A stretch of 61,963 nt of DNA, filler included, from Dugesia japonica (GCA_001938525.1; 6 parts of 6 records of this genome joined end to end with filler, not necessarily neighbours in it), one strand, 5' to 3'; numbered from the whole stretch's first letter, positions 26,341-37,591 are shown. Numbers and translations: made by a program. Notes: generated by a model from the letters alone, not told the origin.

Positions 26341-27403
26341 TTATTTTGTCTGCATGCTGTGTTGTATTATGTAGATCTCAGATCTCAACAAATGTACCCC
26401 CTTACTAAAAGATGCTCCGTCATCTTTACGGGAATAGAAATCGTGGGCAGGCCATGTCGTGTTATGCTGATAATACTTCATCCATATAGGTTCATTGAAT
26501 ATACAAGCGGGGAATTCATATTCGGGGTTGATACTCGAAGGAGAGGTGGAAGGGTCTCTTGAAAAAATGTTTCTTGGGTTATGCAATCTGGAATATCTTC
26601 TGGTGCGGATCGGAGGAATTCATCTGTCTGCTTATAGTTCAGAAACATTCGTGGATATTTGGCTGTCTGGTAGACCTGTGAACAGTTTCGTATTTCGATG
26701 TTATGGACTAGCAGATTATATCTTTCTCCATTTCTGGTGGCCTCTGTGAATTCTTGGTTAAATTCTAACTTATTTAGGATTTTAATCGTATCAGAGAAAT
26801 GAGATTGTTCCCTTTTAATAACTGAATTAATCTGCTTTTCTGTTTATTAGGAAGGGGTCCATAGCTGATGGTACGGATATCGTCATTGATTTGTTTAACG
26901 GAAATGGAGTCGCGCTGTGTGCATATAGTGAGGAATTCACTAGTGGGATCGCTTTTATCTGGAGTGTCAATTTGGTACATGAAAGGTGTTAAATGAGCAA
27001 ACCTAAGGTTATTATTATGAGGCATTTTTATTAACAAGGTGAGAGGTATAAATTGTCCAATTGTTGGGACTTGTTGATGACAAATTTCGGCACGTACATA
27101 ATTTTGCTGGTGAATTTTGTAAGTCCTACATGAGGGACAAGGGACGATTCTTGATGCTGTGACGTCGAAGTATTGTGTATTGCAGGAAAAACTAAAGTAG
27201 TGCCCACATTGAGCTATTCTTGGCATTATAGGTTTATCATAACATAAAGGGCATATAGGGTTATGATCAACAATCAAGGAGACAAGAGCAATATCGCGCC
27301 AGCTATAGTCAAATGGATTTTTTATGTTTCTGTGTTTCTCATATAATACAATACGGGCATTATTTTGCAGGAATTTCCTTCTGGACTGAATTGTTAGCTC
27401 CAT
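26341..27403 (-). pseudogene. RNF10/Mag2-like RING E3 ubiquitin ligase (retroelement cargo, frameshifted)
   Basis: FLQNN..YSWRDI..CPLC-x11-CGHYFSFSC-x14-CPSC..IGQFIPLTLL parallels RNF10 FLQAN..VNWDFV..CPIC..CGHIFCWAC..CPIC..VGDTITMQLM. After a frameshift near 26800, VYQTAKYPRMFL..DIPDCI parallels the RNF10 FYQAEDGQHMFL..SPEKI block. Confidence 0.75.
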
Positions 27404-27502
27404 ATTCTTAAAGTATATATATTAAATCACATACTCATAACATAACGACGTTAATACTAATAATTTATATATACATATATGTGTATGTGTAATCAGCCTA
27501 GA

Positions 27503-29067
27503 TTATTTTAGTCGATCGATGGACACATTTAATAGATTGTTATCTGTTTTATCTATGGCTAATGTGAGTAGTGCGCCATCTTGTGTCATTGCAACTTTGT
27601 TAAATAGCGTGTTTTCTACTATGAATTTCAACTTCTTGTTGCCATTTTCTTCTATCTTTGTTAAATGGATTCTCTTTTTTCCATACCTTAGGTAAATATC
27701 AGCATTTGGTGTCGTGTGAAATCTAAATTCTCCTCTCTTCTTGTTTCTTTTATTTGATGTTTCTTCCCAACTAACTTCTGGTTCAGTTAAATATATACCC
27801 GGTTCTGGTCCTATTGAATCGTCACTCTCACTATATGGTACATATACACCATCTTCTCTAACTTGGTCTACCGTAAGATCCTTCAATTGTTCGTCGTCGT
27901 TATCAGATTCTGTAAGATCTATACTGCATCTTTGTTCTACCACCCCTTCCATTTCTCCGTCTCCCATATCAGACCAATATTCAGTACTGCTGTTTAGCTC
28001 TCCTTCATCAAAATCACAACTTTCCTCATAGTAGTGAATTGGAACTTTTTTCGACTTCTCGATTACCCACTGTTCATCCTTTTGACCTTGGATCGCAAAC
28101 TGTCTTTCTTCTTCATCCCTTTGTCGTATCACTTCTTCATCTTCAGATTTGGGATCGTATCCAATATTGCCATTTATTTCCCTTTCGTCTAACTTGATAT
28201 CGTCTGAGTCTAATTTGACTTTTATATCTATGTCTTCCTCGGATTCCGAATCCATTATCCATCGAATACTTATTGGCTTAACCACTTCCCTAATTGCAAT
28301 TTCCTGTATAGTGTCCTGATCTCCTTCATCTATTGATATATTACTGGTTAGTATCGGTTGCAAGGAATCTTCCCATTCCTGTTGGCTAGACATCTGTTTG
28401 TAAGTTATCCTGATTAGCGTCGTTTTTTTTGCTGTTGATTCATACTTCGTATTTCTAGCTGTATTCAACACATCCTTTATAATATATTCGTGTCTTAATG
28501 ACTTAAATACTGCTTCCATTAAATTAAGGAATTTAAGCTTCTTGACATTTGGAGTGTATTGTCGTCTCCATTTTTCCTCTGCGAGATCTCTAATGCCAAT
28601 TACGTATGAAGGCTTATCAAATTTTTCCCAATATTATATCCTACTAGTATTTTTCCATAAATTAGTTGCCTTGCTTTCAATATCAATGGGTAAGCATCTT
28701 TGTATTGTCGAATTTTTTCCTGATCACATCCTGTGATATGATAGTCAAAATGTCTAATTTTTTCTCTTGGACTGAGAGTTTCAACCATTAAAATAGTTCC
28801 ACTGCTTGACATAATAGTTATCTCTACTAACTGTGGGTTAGAATACACATCTTTTACTGTTCTCATATCAATACATACCGTAAGTTGATAAATATCTTCT
28901 GCCATCAATATTGCATATTTTATAAATGACGTATAGTTAAGTAGATCTATATAGGAAACAGTGCAGTGTCCCCTAATGCTCGTGAAAGATGGAAAAGGTA
29001 TAGGTATCCGATCATGGTATATGATTTCTACTGCTAAAACCGCTGGATATTTTGTATGGCTATCCTA
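27503..29067 (-). pseudogene. DEDDh (REXO4/ISG20-like) exonuclease-fold protein with acidic tail (cargo, frameshifted)
   Basis: The frame is open from about 29064. VCIDMRTV..LSPREKIRHFDYHITG..LIYGKILVGYNI..(frameshift near 28605)..IRDLA..DVLNTAR runs into the 338-aa acidic ORF. Confidence 0.7.
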
Positions 29068-29128
29068 ATATTATTTATATTTTTATTTATTATCTCTTCA
29101 ATTATTAGTGAGGTGTTGTTAACTACAG

Positions 29129-29686
29129 TTATTTCATTTTTGTTATGCGTGAATTTGATAGGGTTTTTGTAACATGCATTCGAATGGCTTTAATAATTCT
29201 TTTCCCTTTTTTCAATGCATTTTCAGGGTTCTTGGGGATCTTTATATACCCTATTAATTGTTGAAGAGTGTATCGCTTTGCTTCCTGAAATCGTATCATG
29301 ATTAAATCCTTATCAAAGGTGTTATTTTTTAATGCATTAGGGATTTTTGCCACCTCATTAAATGTTTCTATTCTGGACTCGGTTTGTTTCTCTTTAAATG
29401 TAAAGTTNNNAATGGTATCATAAAATTGTGGGATACTTTTTGTGGTAAAGGTAGAAGATGAAGGCATATTTGTTGTGTCACTCTCTGTATGTATGTTTGT
29501 GTCTGTTTGATTATTAATTTTTTGTTTGTTGTTACTTTTGCTTTTATTATTTTGTCTTGCTATATTTTCTTGTGTCTGCATGTTATGTCGTATAATTGAT
29601 TGATTGTTATGTATGAATATTTTTGTTTGTACTTTGTATTGTATTAACTGTTGACTGACTGCTGCAAATGCGGATTGTTCGAGCAT
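29129..29686 (-). CDS. Orphan accessory ORF (185 aa, N/T-rich linker, basic C-terminus)
   Basis: ATG at 29686 (MLEQSAF...); AATAAA about 40 nt after the stop; co-oriented with pol. Confidence 0.45.
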   Translation of the reverse strand: MLEQSAFAAVSQQLIQYKVQTKIFIHNNQSIIRHNMQTQENIARQNNKSKSNNKQKINNQTDTNIHTESDTTNMPSSSTFTTKSIPQFYDTIXNFTFKEKQTESRIETFNEVAKIPNALKNNTFDKDLIMIRFQEAKRYTLQQLIGYIKIPKNPENALKKGKRIIKAIRMHVTKTLSNSRITKMK

Positions 29687-29759
29687 TTCTTCTAAAACAA
29701 ATGAATAATTAATGATTGAATTTAAGGACTGGTTAGTCCTATATACTGCTACAGGTATT

Positions 29760-30702
29760 AGTAGCTTATTATATAAATGAAAATATATATAAATAATAAT
29801 ATGAAACATTACAATTATCATTTTGAAATTTACCGCGAGGTGTTCAGACCAATGTCCATAGGACAAAATTTTGGAATATGCGGGGTATTGCGCGCCAATA
29901 ACGCTGCCTCTTCTACCTGTATCGCTTATGTATTTGTATTAATGTAGTTATGAAAGCGAGGAGGATTCTCAATCATTCTCAATATTGAGAAAGGATGATG
30001 TAATATTTTTATGTGAAATGTTTTTACTGTTGTGGTGGTAATCCATAATTGTAGGATTTTATGTCGCAATTGTTGATGATCGAACTTGATGTTATTATTC
30101 AAAGTTTTTCTATTTCTTTTCGAATTTTTGTTTATACTCATATTTGTTGTCATTTTCACTGTGTAGGTATTATGATGAATAGTTGTTTCTATTTGTGGTT
30201 TGGTTGTACTCGACCTTTCTTGTCTTGTAAGAATAGTCACAGATCTCGTCTTTATTTGTGATTTGGTTGTACTCGACGTTTCCTGTTTTTTTGAAGGATT
30301 CATTAACTGTCTTTGTGGTATAATCAGTTTCTTTGGTAATGTGGTAAATATATACTGTCTCAATAATTTGACTCTGCTCATTCTATACTGTATTCAAATT
30401 CTATATGCTGTGTCAGCTTCTAGTCCTTTTATCTCTATCTGGCCTATCCCTTTGCTCAATTTTATTGATATTGCTGTAAAAACATATCTCTTCTTCGTGG
30501 TGTATTCATTTACTCTGACATATTCGTTTACTTGCTCTTTTATTGTTGCAGCGATTGTTATATTATTCGGTGCCTTCAGTACGATACTATTGGGATATTT
30601 TATCCTTTCTATAATACCAAATCCTTCTTCTTTCTCCAGTTTAGCTGCACCTACTGTTAATAATGTCACTAAAGTTAGTGCAAAGAGTGGTAATGCATTT
30701 TG
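29760..30702 (-). pseudogene. Env-position ORF: signal peptide, FN3-like domain, Thr/Ser-rich stalk and hydrophobic tail
   Basis: In frame with KYNLRSE*: NALPLFALTLVTLLTVGAA, then PNSIVLK...IEIKGLEADTAYRI*I...FTTLP (FN3-like), a 21-aa S/T repeat, and terminal CFILLFIYIFIYIISY. Contains in-frame stops. Confidence 0.55.
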
Positions 30703-32149
30703 TCATTCTGATCGAAGGTTATATTTGTGTTGTTTTTCAGGTTCAATTTCTGNNNNNNNNNNNNNNNNNNNNNNNNNNNNNNNNNNNNNNNNNNNNNNNN
30801 NNNNNNNNNNNNNNNNNNNNNNNNNNNNNNNNNNNNNNNNNNNNNNNNNNNNNNNNNNNNNNNNNNNNNNNNNNNNNNNNNNNNNNNNNNNNNNNNNNNN
30901 NNNNNNNNNNNNNNNNNNNNNNNNNNNNNNNNNNNNNNNNNNNNNNNNNNNNNNNNNNNNNNNNNNNGTTTGAATTTTACTTTTAGATTGGCTTGTTTAT
31001 ATACCTCTTGTAGTCTTTCTTGCATTTTTGTAACGTAATCTAAATTATCCATATATTGTGACACAATTGGCTCAAATGTTATATCTATCGGCATATGATT
31101 TTGTCTGAGGTACACAAGATAAAATGGGGAATATCCCGTGGCTTCGTTCTCAGTTGTATTATGTATGAACAATGTTGACTTAATAAATAGATCCCAATCA
31201 TTTTGATGCTTATTTACGAAAAATGCCAATCTTTTACATAATGTACTGTTAAATCTTTCAACTAACCCATCAGTTTGTGGGTTATGAGCCGTCGTATTTA
31301 TTTTTTTAATATCAAACATATTTGTTACTCGTTGTATGACTTCATTGAGGAAACTCTTTCCCCTATCTGATAGCAGCTTTCTTGGCGCTCTATATTTGTA
31401 TATTATCTTTTCAACTAATAACTTTGCTACTGTATCTGCTGTTTCATCTTTTGAAGGAAATGCCTCTGCCCACTTTGTAAAATAGTCATTTATTGAATGA
31501 ATGAATAAATGAATAAATAGTCATTTATTCATTCATTGAATACTAATATATGTTTGTTGCCTTTTATAGTTGTTGGTAATTTGCACAAAAAATCAATTGC
31601 ACATGTTTCCATTGGTGAGCTAGGTATTGGCATTGGCTGTAATGGGACTTTGGTTTTTGTTCTTGTATTCTTTCTTGTGGCACAGATACTACATGCTTGA
31701 CACCACTTCTTTACATCCTCTTTGATATTAATCCCAATAGTATTTTTGTAGTAATCTTGACGTGGTTTTTCTACTAAACAGGTGCCCTCCGAGCGCTCCA
31801 TCATGATATTGCAATAGTAATAATTGTTTTAGAGAATCTGGTACAACCATCAGATTTTACCCTAAATTATTGTACATAAGTAAATTCTTATACATTTTAT
31901 ATTTAGTATTCTTTTCTTGAATCATCATCTTTTTAATTTCTTGTATTTGTTTATCTTTAGTTTGTTCCTCCAGAAATGTTTTTGGGTTTTTTCCCGCCAT
32001 AACGATTGACATCATTTCTAATATATTTATTTCTGGAATTCTTGGTAATGCATCCGCATTTTTATTTGCTCTACCTAGCTTGTATATAATACGTATGCTC
32101 ATATCTTGAATTTTCATTGCCCACTTCAGTATTCTACTGGATGCATCTT
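30703..32149 (-). pseudogene. Gypsy pol C-terminus (end of RNase H, integrase Zn finger and DD35E core)
   Basis: RILKWAMKIQD..NKNADAL, CQACSICA, CAIDF, LLSDRG, NPQTDGLVERFN, TGYSPFYLVY, and KYNLRS after an N gap. Confidence 0.93.
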
Positions 32150-32249
32150 NNNNNNNNNNNNNNNNNNNNNNNNNNNNNNNNNNNNNNNNNNNNTTAATTA
32201 ATTAANNNNNNNNNNNNNNNNNNNNNNNNNNNNNNNNNNNNNNNNNNNN
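32150..32249. other. Artificial contig-joining spacer
   Basis: TTAATTAATTAA at 32194-32205 between two 44-N runs. Confidence 0.97.
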
Positions 32250-33289
32250 TATATTTAAAAGAAGTTTGATCGAAGCAATTATGAATTAAAAAAGTGCCCT
32301 TCTGTTTGTCTAAAACAGTGATCATCAAATTTTATATACAAAAAAAAATTGCGGAACCTTAATTAACTTTATAAAATATAATACAATTTTGAATAATATA
32401 ATTTATGTTAAAAATATGACCCTCAAAACATACATTAAAAGTTTGAGATTTCATTAAAATAAAGAAGAAGCTTCGATCAAAATATTTTTATCGAAACTTT
32501 TTCTTTATTTTAATGAAATCTCAAATGCGATCAATGGGTAAGTTCAAAAATTATTCTCACAATAATTGTAATTATATTAAAAGTTTGATCCTAAAATAAT
32601 AATAAATTAAAAGTACACTAAAAATACATTTTTAAAATTTTAATGTGTATAATTTGTGTTAAAAAAATGGCCCTAAAATACATATTCAAAAAATGACCCT
32701 AAAAACACATGTTCAAATTCTAGCCCTGGGGTCATTTTTTAAATAAGATCCAGAAGAACTCTCTAGGAGGACAACAAATTTTGGATTACGAGTCGATAGC
32801 CCTCATATTTTTCTAGATTGACTTTGTAAACTGATTCTAAATTTGTTCCGAAGTCATGGCGTTTTTATATCGATAAGATGGACTTCTTTGATTTCAACTT
32901 GAAGATCGACACGGAGTTGAGTGTTAGCCTATCTAGATACTCTGCATATATAGTGTTGTTGCAATAAGATTTAGAGTTTAATTTACTTGAATATTATTGT
33001 TGACCTATTTAGTTTTTTTTATTATTACTTTTTGGAATTATTGTTCGAGCCCCGGAAATTTGTTATTTAAGTTGAATATACTTTACGTGAGTATTTTTCT
33101 AATTTTAATTCCGTTTGCTATATTTGTTTCGTATTGTAATTTTGACAATTAAAGCTAAACATTTTGAATATAATATTAGCTATTTTCTCTTATAATTAAG
33201 AATTCAATTAAACTTAAATTATTCATTAATATTATTTTAACTATTCCTCAACATAATAGTCATTATTTAAACTTATTATTTTAAATATG

Positions 33290-34350
33290 ACCCATGTTCC
33301 GTTATCCTATAACATGGAGAAGTTTCGAAGATACTTTATCCTGAGAAATGGCGTTGGCACATTTTTCGGCTCTGTGAATATGGAAACAGATCAGTTCTTG
33401 TTTTTTGTGTTATCTATTTCTGAATCAATTTGGATATATATCGCCATTTTGTTTGTGTGAGGAAACGAATGTTGATTTTGCATTAGTTATACAGATGTGC
33501 TCAATTTTTTTTACATATTTTTTCTTATTTTGTTCAAGCATTTTTGATAGCATAAAACATTCGGTTATACAACAAATTCATTTTCCTGAAAAACGTCTTC
33601 GATTGAAGCATGACAAGGCGCATTATCAGTTACTAATAAAAGTTTTGATTGACACATATTTTTAGAATTCCAAAGGCAATGGTGTACAAATTCTTTGGCT
33701 TCAAGATTCTTAAAAGATCTATTTCTAATTTTGTGATAATCCAAACTAATATTACGCATACATCCACTAACATGAATATTTGCTCCTTTACAGCCAGGAG
33801 AAATATGTATACTATAACTTCCTATTTTTAGATCAACCCTTTCTTCTTGATATAAATAAATTGAAGTTGGCCTTATCCAGGTAATAAGGATATTTTCTGC
33901 TTGGTATTCTTAAAGTGGTTTAGCACAATTACGTCTTTTAGTTTTATTTTCCTCAGTGTTTGCTTTTTAAGATTCCCTGTGAATAGCTTTTAATGTAAAC
34001 AACATTTAATTTAAGTGTTTCCGTAAACATTCGATAGAAACGTCAATTTGGTGATTTTCATGAAATGTTTGCTTTTAAAAAGCAGTATGTTGAAGAATAA
34101 CTTTGAAAGAATAAAAGCAAAAATTTTTTGAAAATCACTAAATTGAAGTTATGTTAAATTGCAAAATTCCTTCGACCACATTGTTTTTCGTTTTCTTGTT
34201 TTCTGATTCATCGATAATTGGTGGATCTTTTCACTCCTAAAGTATTTGCAAGTGATCTATAATCTCCAGTGTTATTATATAATTCATAAAAGTTGTTTTT
34301 AATATTGTCAGCTTTTGCTTTTGCAATGTACATCATTTTTCATATACAAG
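33290..34350 (-). mobile_element. Decayed pogo/Tigger-like transposase
   Basis: KLLLVTDNAPCH motif within a fragmented DDE-like coding stretch. Confidence 0.55.
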
Positions 34351-34899
34351 GATGTCTTGTATTTATAGTTTAAGAATATACTGTTAAAAGTTTAATAAGT
34401 TTTTTAAACGTATCTATTAAATAAATGTGTGTATCTGTGTGTATTATATTTTCTAACCTTTTTCTATNNNNNNNNNNNNNNNNNNNNNNNNNNNNNNNNN
34501 NNNATGCTTGTAAATCTATTTTAATTATATTATAGGCAGCTAATCAGAATACAATAAATTATTATAAGGTTAGTATTTTTACCTTATTAAACTTTAAACA
34601 GTATAAAATTAATAATATAATATTTAATTGATTTTTTAAAACCATATTATTTGAAAATATAAGAAATCTAACAGTTTTGCAATGCATCAGATATATCGCT
34701 CATATACAATTGCGTTAAATCAGACGGATGTACGATTTTAATGGTATTTCTTTGCTATGAGATGTTTTCTAACTCATTCTCATTCTGTGCATTTGATAAA
34801 AATTATTGAATATTTCATTTTTATTTTATATTTAAATGTTTAGTTGTCAATTTTCAACTTCAAATTCACAATGTAAAGTGGAGAAGTTATAGATATGAA

Positions 34900-35567
34900 A
34901 TATTCGGTATCAGACAATTGCTGATTGAGATGCTGTTGTTTATAATGAAAAGCGATATTTGGTAACAACATTTGGAAGGATTGAACGTCAATCCACTCCA
35001 TGAAGCTCAATATGAAGCTGACTCCACCATTGTTTGAAGAACCTCGTGATTTTCAGCAAGTAATGCAATGTCATCAGCATATGGTAGTATAGAGACACGA
35101 GAATGACTACTCTGAATTCCAGCATGTATGATTACGTTGCATTGTTCAAGAAGAGGGTTTAAACCATTATTGAAAATAAGAATTGAGATAGAACAGATTT
35201 GTCTGACCTTTTTAGAAATCAGAATGAAGGACGTTGAAGTGAATTGGAAAATATTTGTAGAAGAACATTGGTGTTATATTGATTGAATAAGTTTCGTAGT
35301 GTGACTGTCCATATCCATTCGACTGAGTATGCTCGTGATATGGGAAACAGAAATAGAATCCTAGGGATCAGAGATGTCAAGGTAGGCCAGATGAACCTCA
35401 TTTACCGGATTTCTCTTTGAGTTTTCAAAGAGTGCTCTGAAGATGTTATTGTGTTCTATGCATTCTTCAGATTAGATGATGGAGGATCCAAAATAAGCAG
35501 TCCTCTTGGTCGGATTGAGATAGGTGAGATTTCCCATGAAACTACTGTATAAGATATGGGTCGACTA
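34900..35567 (-). mobile_element. Non-LTR retrotransposon reverse transcriptase fragment
   Basis: RPIS..ECIEH..LAYLDISD..KVRQICSISILIFN..PYADDIALLA..SGLTFNPSKC. Confidence 0.88.
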
Positions 35568-36652
35568 GCGGCGTGGAGTTGCTGTAATTCCTTAATTGCT
35601 GAGAGCAGCTCGATCAACTGTTGTTGTTTTTGCTTTATTTCAATTTCCCGGTCGTTACACATGTTTCTTAACATGATGATTTCCTTCTCTAGTGCAGCTT
35701 TATACGGTTCATTGTACTCTAATGATAATTTATCGATTCCGGCTTGCAACCGTTCTCGGTTGGCCAAGCTGGTTAATAATTGATTTTCTAACCGTTTTTT
35801 TTCGAACTGCGAATTAAATAACTCCATTCGTAGAATTTGGGTATTTTCCTGTTTAATTGACACTTGGGTTTCTAATTCCCTTTTCTTTGGTTCGATCTGC
35901 TCGAATTTATTTTTCCAATCGCGAGCCTGTTTTATCGCATTTGTTTTGGCTCGATTTTCATCCAGGTTCCTATTTATTAACTTTTAATGTGCATTGCAGG
36001 ATCGTTTTTTAATTTCAAGTTCTTGTCGAATTTTCTCTACCTGATTTTCCAGTTCGTTATTATAGTTTTGTAATTCTAGGTTTAAGAGGGCATTTATTTT
36101 CGAATCCAATTTCCATTTTAAGACTTCGGGTACAGATGTGAGAGATTGGTTCTGAATTTGGAAGATAATTTTAGATAGTCTGTCTGTTTCAAATTTGAAT
36201 GCCATTTCTATTCTATTTTTTGACATGTTCCATTCCAGTCTGCATGACGTTTCCAGTATGTCTTTTTATTTTAATTATTTTGGTTGATTATTTACATCTA
36301 AGTTCAATAGGAAAGGGCAAGTGAGAAACAATATTTTATGATCCCTTTCTGGGTTATCATTCGTTCTCCATTTATGCAGATTTCTTTGTCAGTAGATACA
36401 TTTCACTCGGTCTGGATGATCTAGAGTTTCAAAGAAATAGAATTATTTTATAGAATAGAATTTTCAGTTCATGGCGGTTGACCTCTCCCTTAATGGGGGG
36501 TACACACCCACAAACCTTGGTATTCGGGTTCAATGCTTTTCCCTTATCTTATATAAATTTATTAGAGCTGATACTACTAGGAACATTTACTACTAAAACA
36601 TTTATAAGTTGCTTAAAACACTCGGAACGAGCCATTGCTCCGGATCGTCCAT
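35568..36652 (-). pseudogene. BIR (IAP repeat) domain plus long coiled-coil protein
   Basis: FYFFETLDHPDRVKCIY*QRNLHKWRTNDNPERDHKILFLTCPFL has exact C-x2-C-x16-H-x6-C spacing (36400-36317, second Cys is TGA). It is in frame with ORFs 36226-35984 and 35863-35456. The start at 36652 is tentative. Confidence 0.8.
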
Positions 36653-36682
36653 TGTAAAGTTAAACGCTGCATAATCATCCTC

Positions 36683-36985
36683 CTAGTTCCACTGAATCCA
36701 AGTTGGGTTACCGATCTGACGGGAAAGATCTGCTATATACTGCTTTAAAAAATCGATCTTCCTCATCAGCAGCTGTTTGTTTTCGTCCTCTAGCGCCTTA
36801 GTTTGGACCGCTAAATCGTTTTGTTTTTTAACGATTAAGTCCAACTTTTTAATAAGTTTGTCACGCTGGCCAAGATGTTTTAAGAGAGCCCTATCTACTT
36901 TGCGCTTCAGATGGCGTTCCAACAACAAGCGGCGCAGGATCCGGTGGCACCTTCGCAAGCTTGTGAGAAAAAAAATGCGTGGCAC
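36683..36985 (-). CDS. Small basic coiled-coil ORF
   Basis: 100-aa open frame with heptad-like L/K/E pattern. No 5' ATG; preceded by a splice-acceptor-like ctctttatttAG. Confidence 0.4.
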   Translation of the reverse strand: MPRIFFLTSLRRCHRILRRLLLERHLKRKVDRALLKHLGQRDKLIKKLDLIVKKQNDLAVQTKALEDENKQLLMRKIDFLKQYIADLSRQIGNPTWIQWN

Positions 36986-37101
36986 TAAATAAAGAGTATA
37001 ATTAAGTCGGCTAAAACCAGTGTTAAAAACAGAGAAGCAAATTAGAGTTGATACAATTAAAACACTTTATTAAAGACAGTCGAAATCATAAACGCGGTGG
37101 T

Positions 37102-37479
37102 TCATGAGCGGTTGGTCTGGGTACCTTTATCTACCAGGAGTGGGGGTAAAGGCATGGCCGTCTTCAACTTCAGGATATTCTCTATTAGCTGATTTTCACG
37201 CTCTTGGTAGGACTTGATGAATTCAGTGAGGGTTTCGACTTGCGCTTTCCATACCCTTTCCTGTTTCTGGGTTGCTTCCATCTCAGATTTGAAAGTCAAG
37301 CACTTCCGTTTATATCGTTTGACTTTAGCCTCGGCGGTCGCGGTTTCTACTTCCCACCGCCGTTTCGCGAGCCTGTATAAATCCCACATAAGCTCAATGT
37401 CTTCGTTGGATTCGCTTAATTTCTTATTTGGCGTTTGGGATCTGTTCAAGGAAGAATGCACTGAAATTACAAACACCAT
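37102..37479 (-). CDS. Small coiled-coil ORF
   Basis: 125-aa open frame with an ATG start and AATAAA about 30 nt downstream of the stop. Confidence 0.45.
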   Translation of the reverse strand: MVFVISVHSSLNRSQTPNKKLSESNEDIELMWDLYRLAKRRWEVETATAEAKVKRYKRKCLTFKSEMEATQKQERVWKAQVETLTEFIKSYQERENQLIENILKLKTAMPLPPLLVDKGTQTNRS

Positions 37480-37591
37480 GAATAAAGTCCGAATCTTAAC
37501 TTATGGATAATTTAGTAAAAGAAGATAGGCGGGCTACTTGATAAAAGAAAAATGAAGAGTTGGTTAACAACGTTTATTCTACGTAACAACA

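Larger units (their letters stand above)
26200..32149 (-). mobile_element. Gypsy/Metaviridae LTR retrotransposon (3' part) with several accessory ORFs
   Basis: Pol C-terminus followed by four co-oriented, tightly packed intronless ORFs. Truncated at the 5' side by the contig end; 3' LTR not clearly identified. Confidence 0.8.

Noticed and set aside
30200-30973. 257-aa hydrophobic plus-strand ORF
   Set aside because: Antisense shadow of the A-rich minus-strand env-like frame, extended by an N gap.
35456-35567. C-terminus of the 135-aa coiled-coil ORF as part of that protein
   Set aside because: From RPIS onward it appears to derive from the adjacent non-LTR RT fragment, so the ORF is chimeric.
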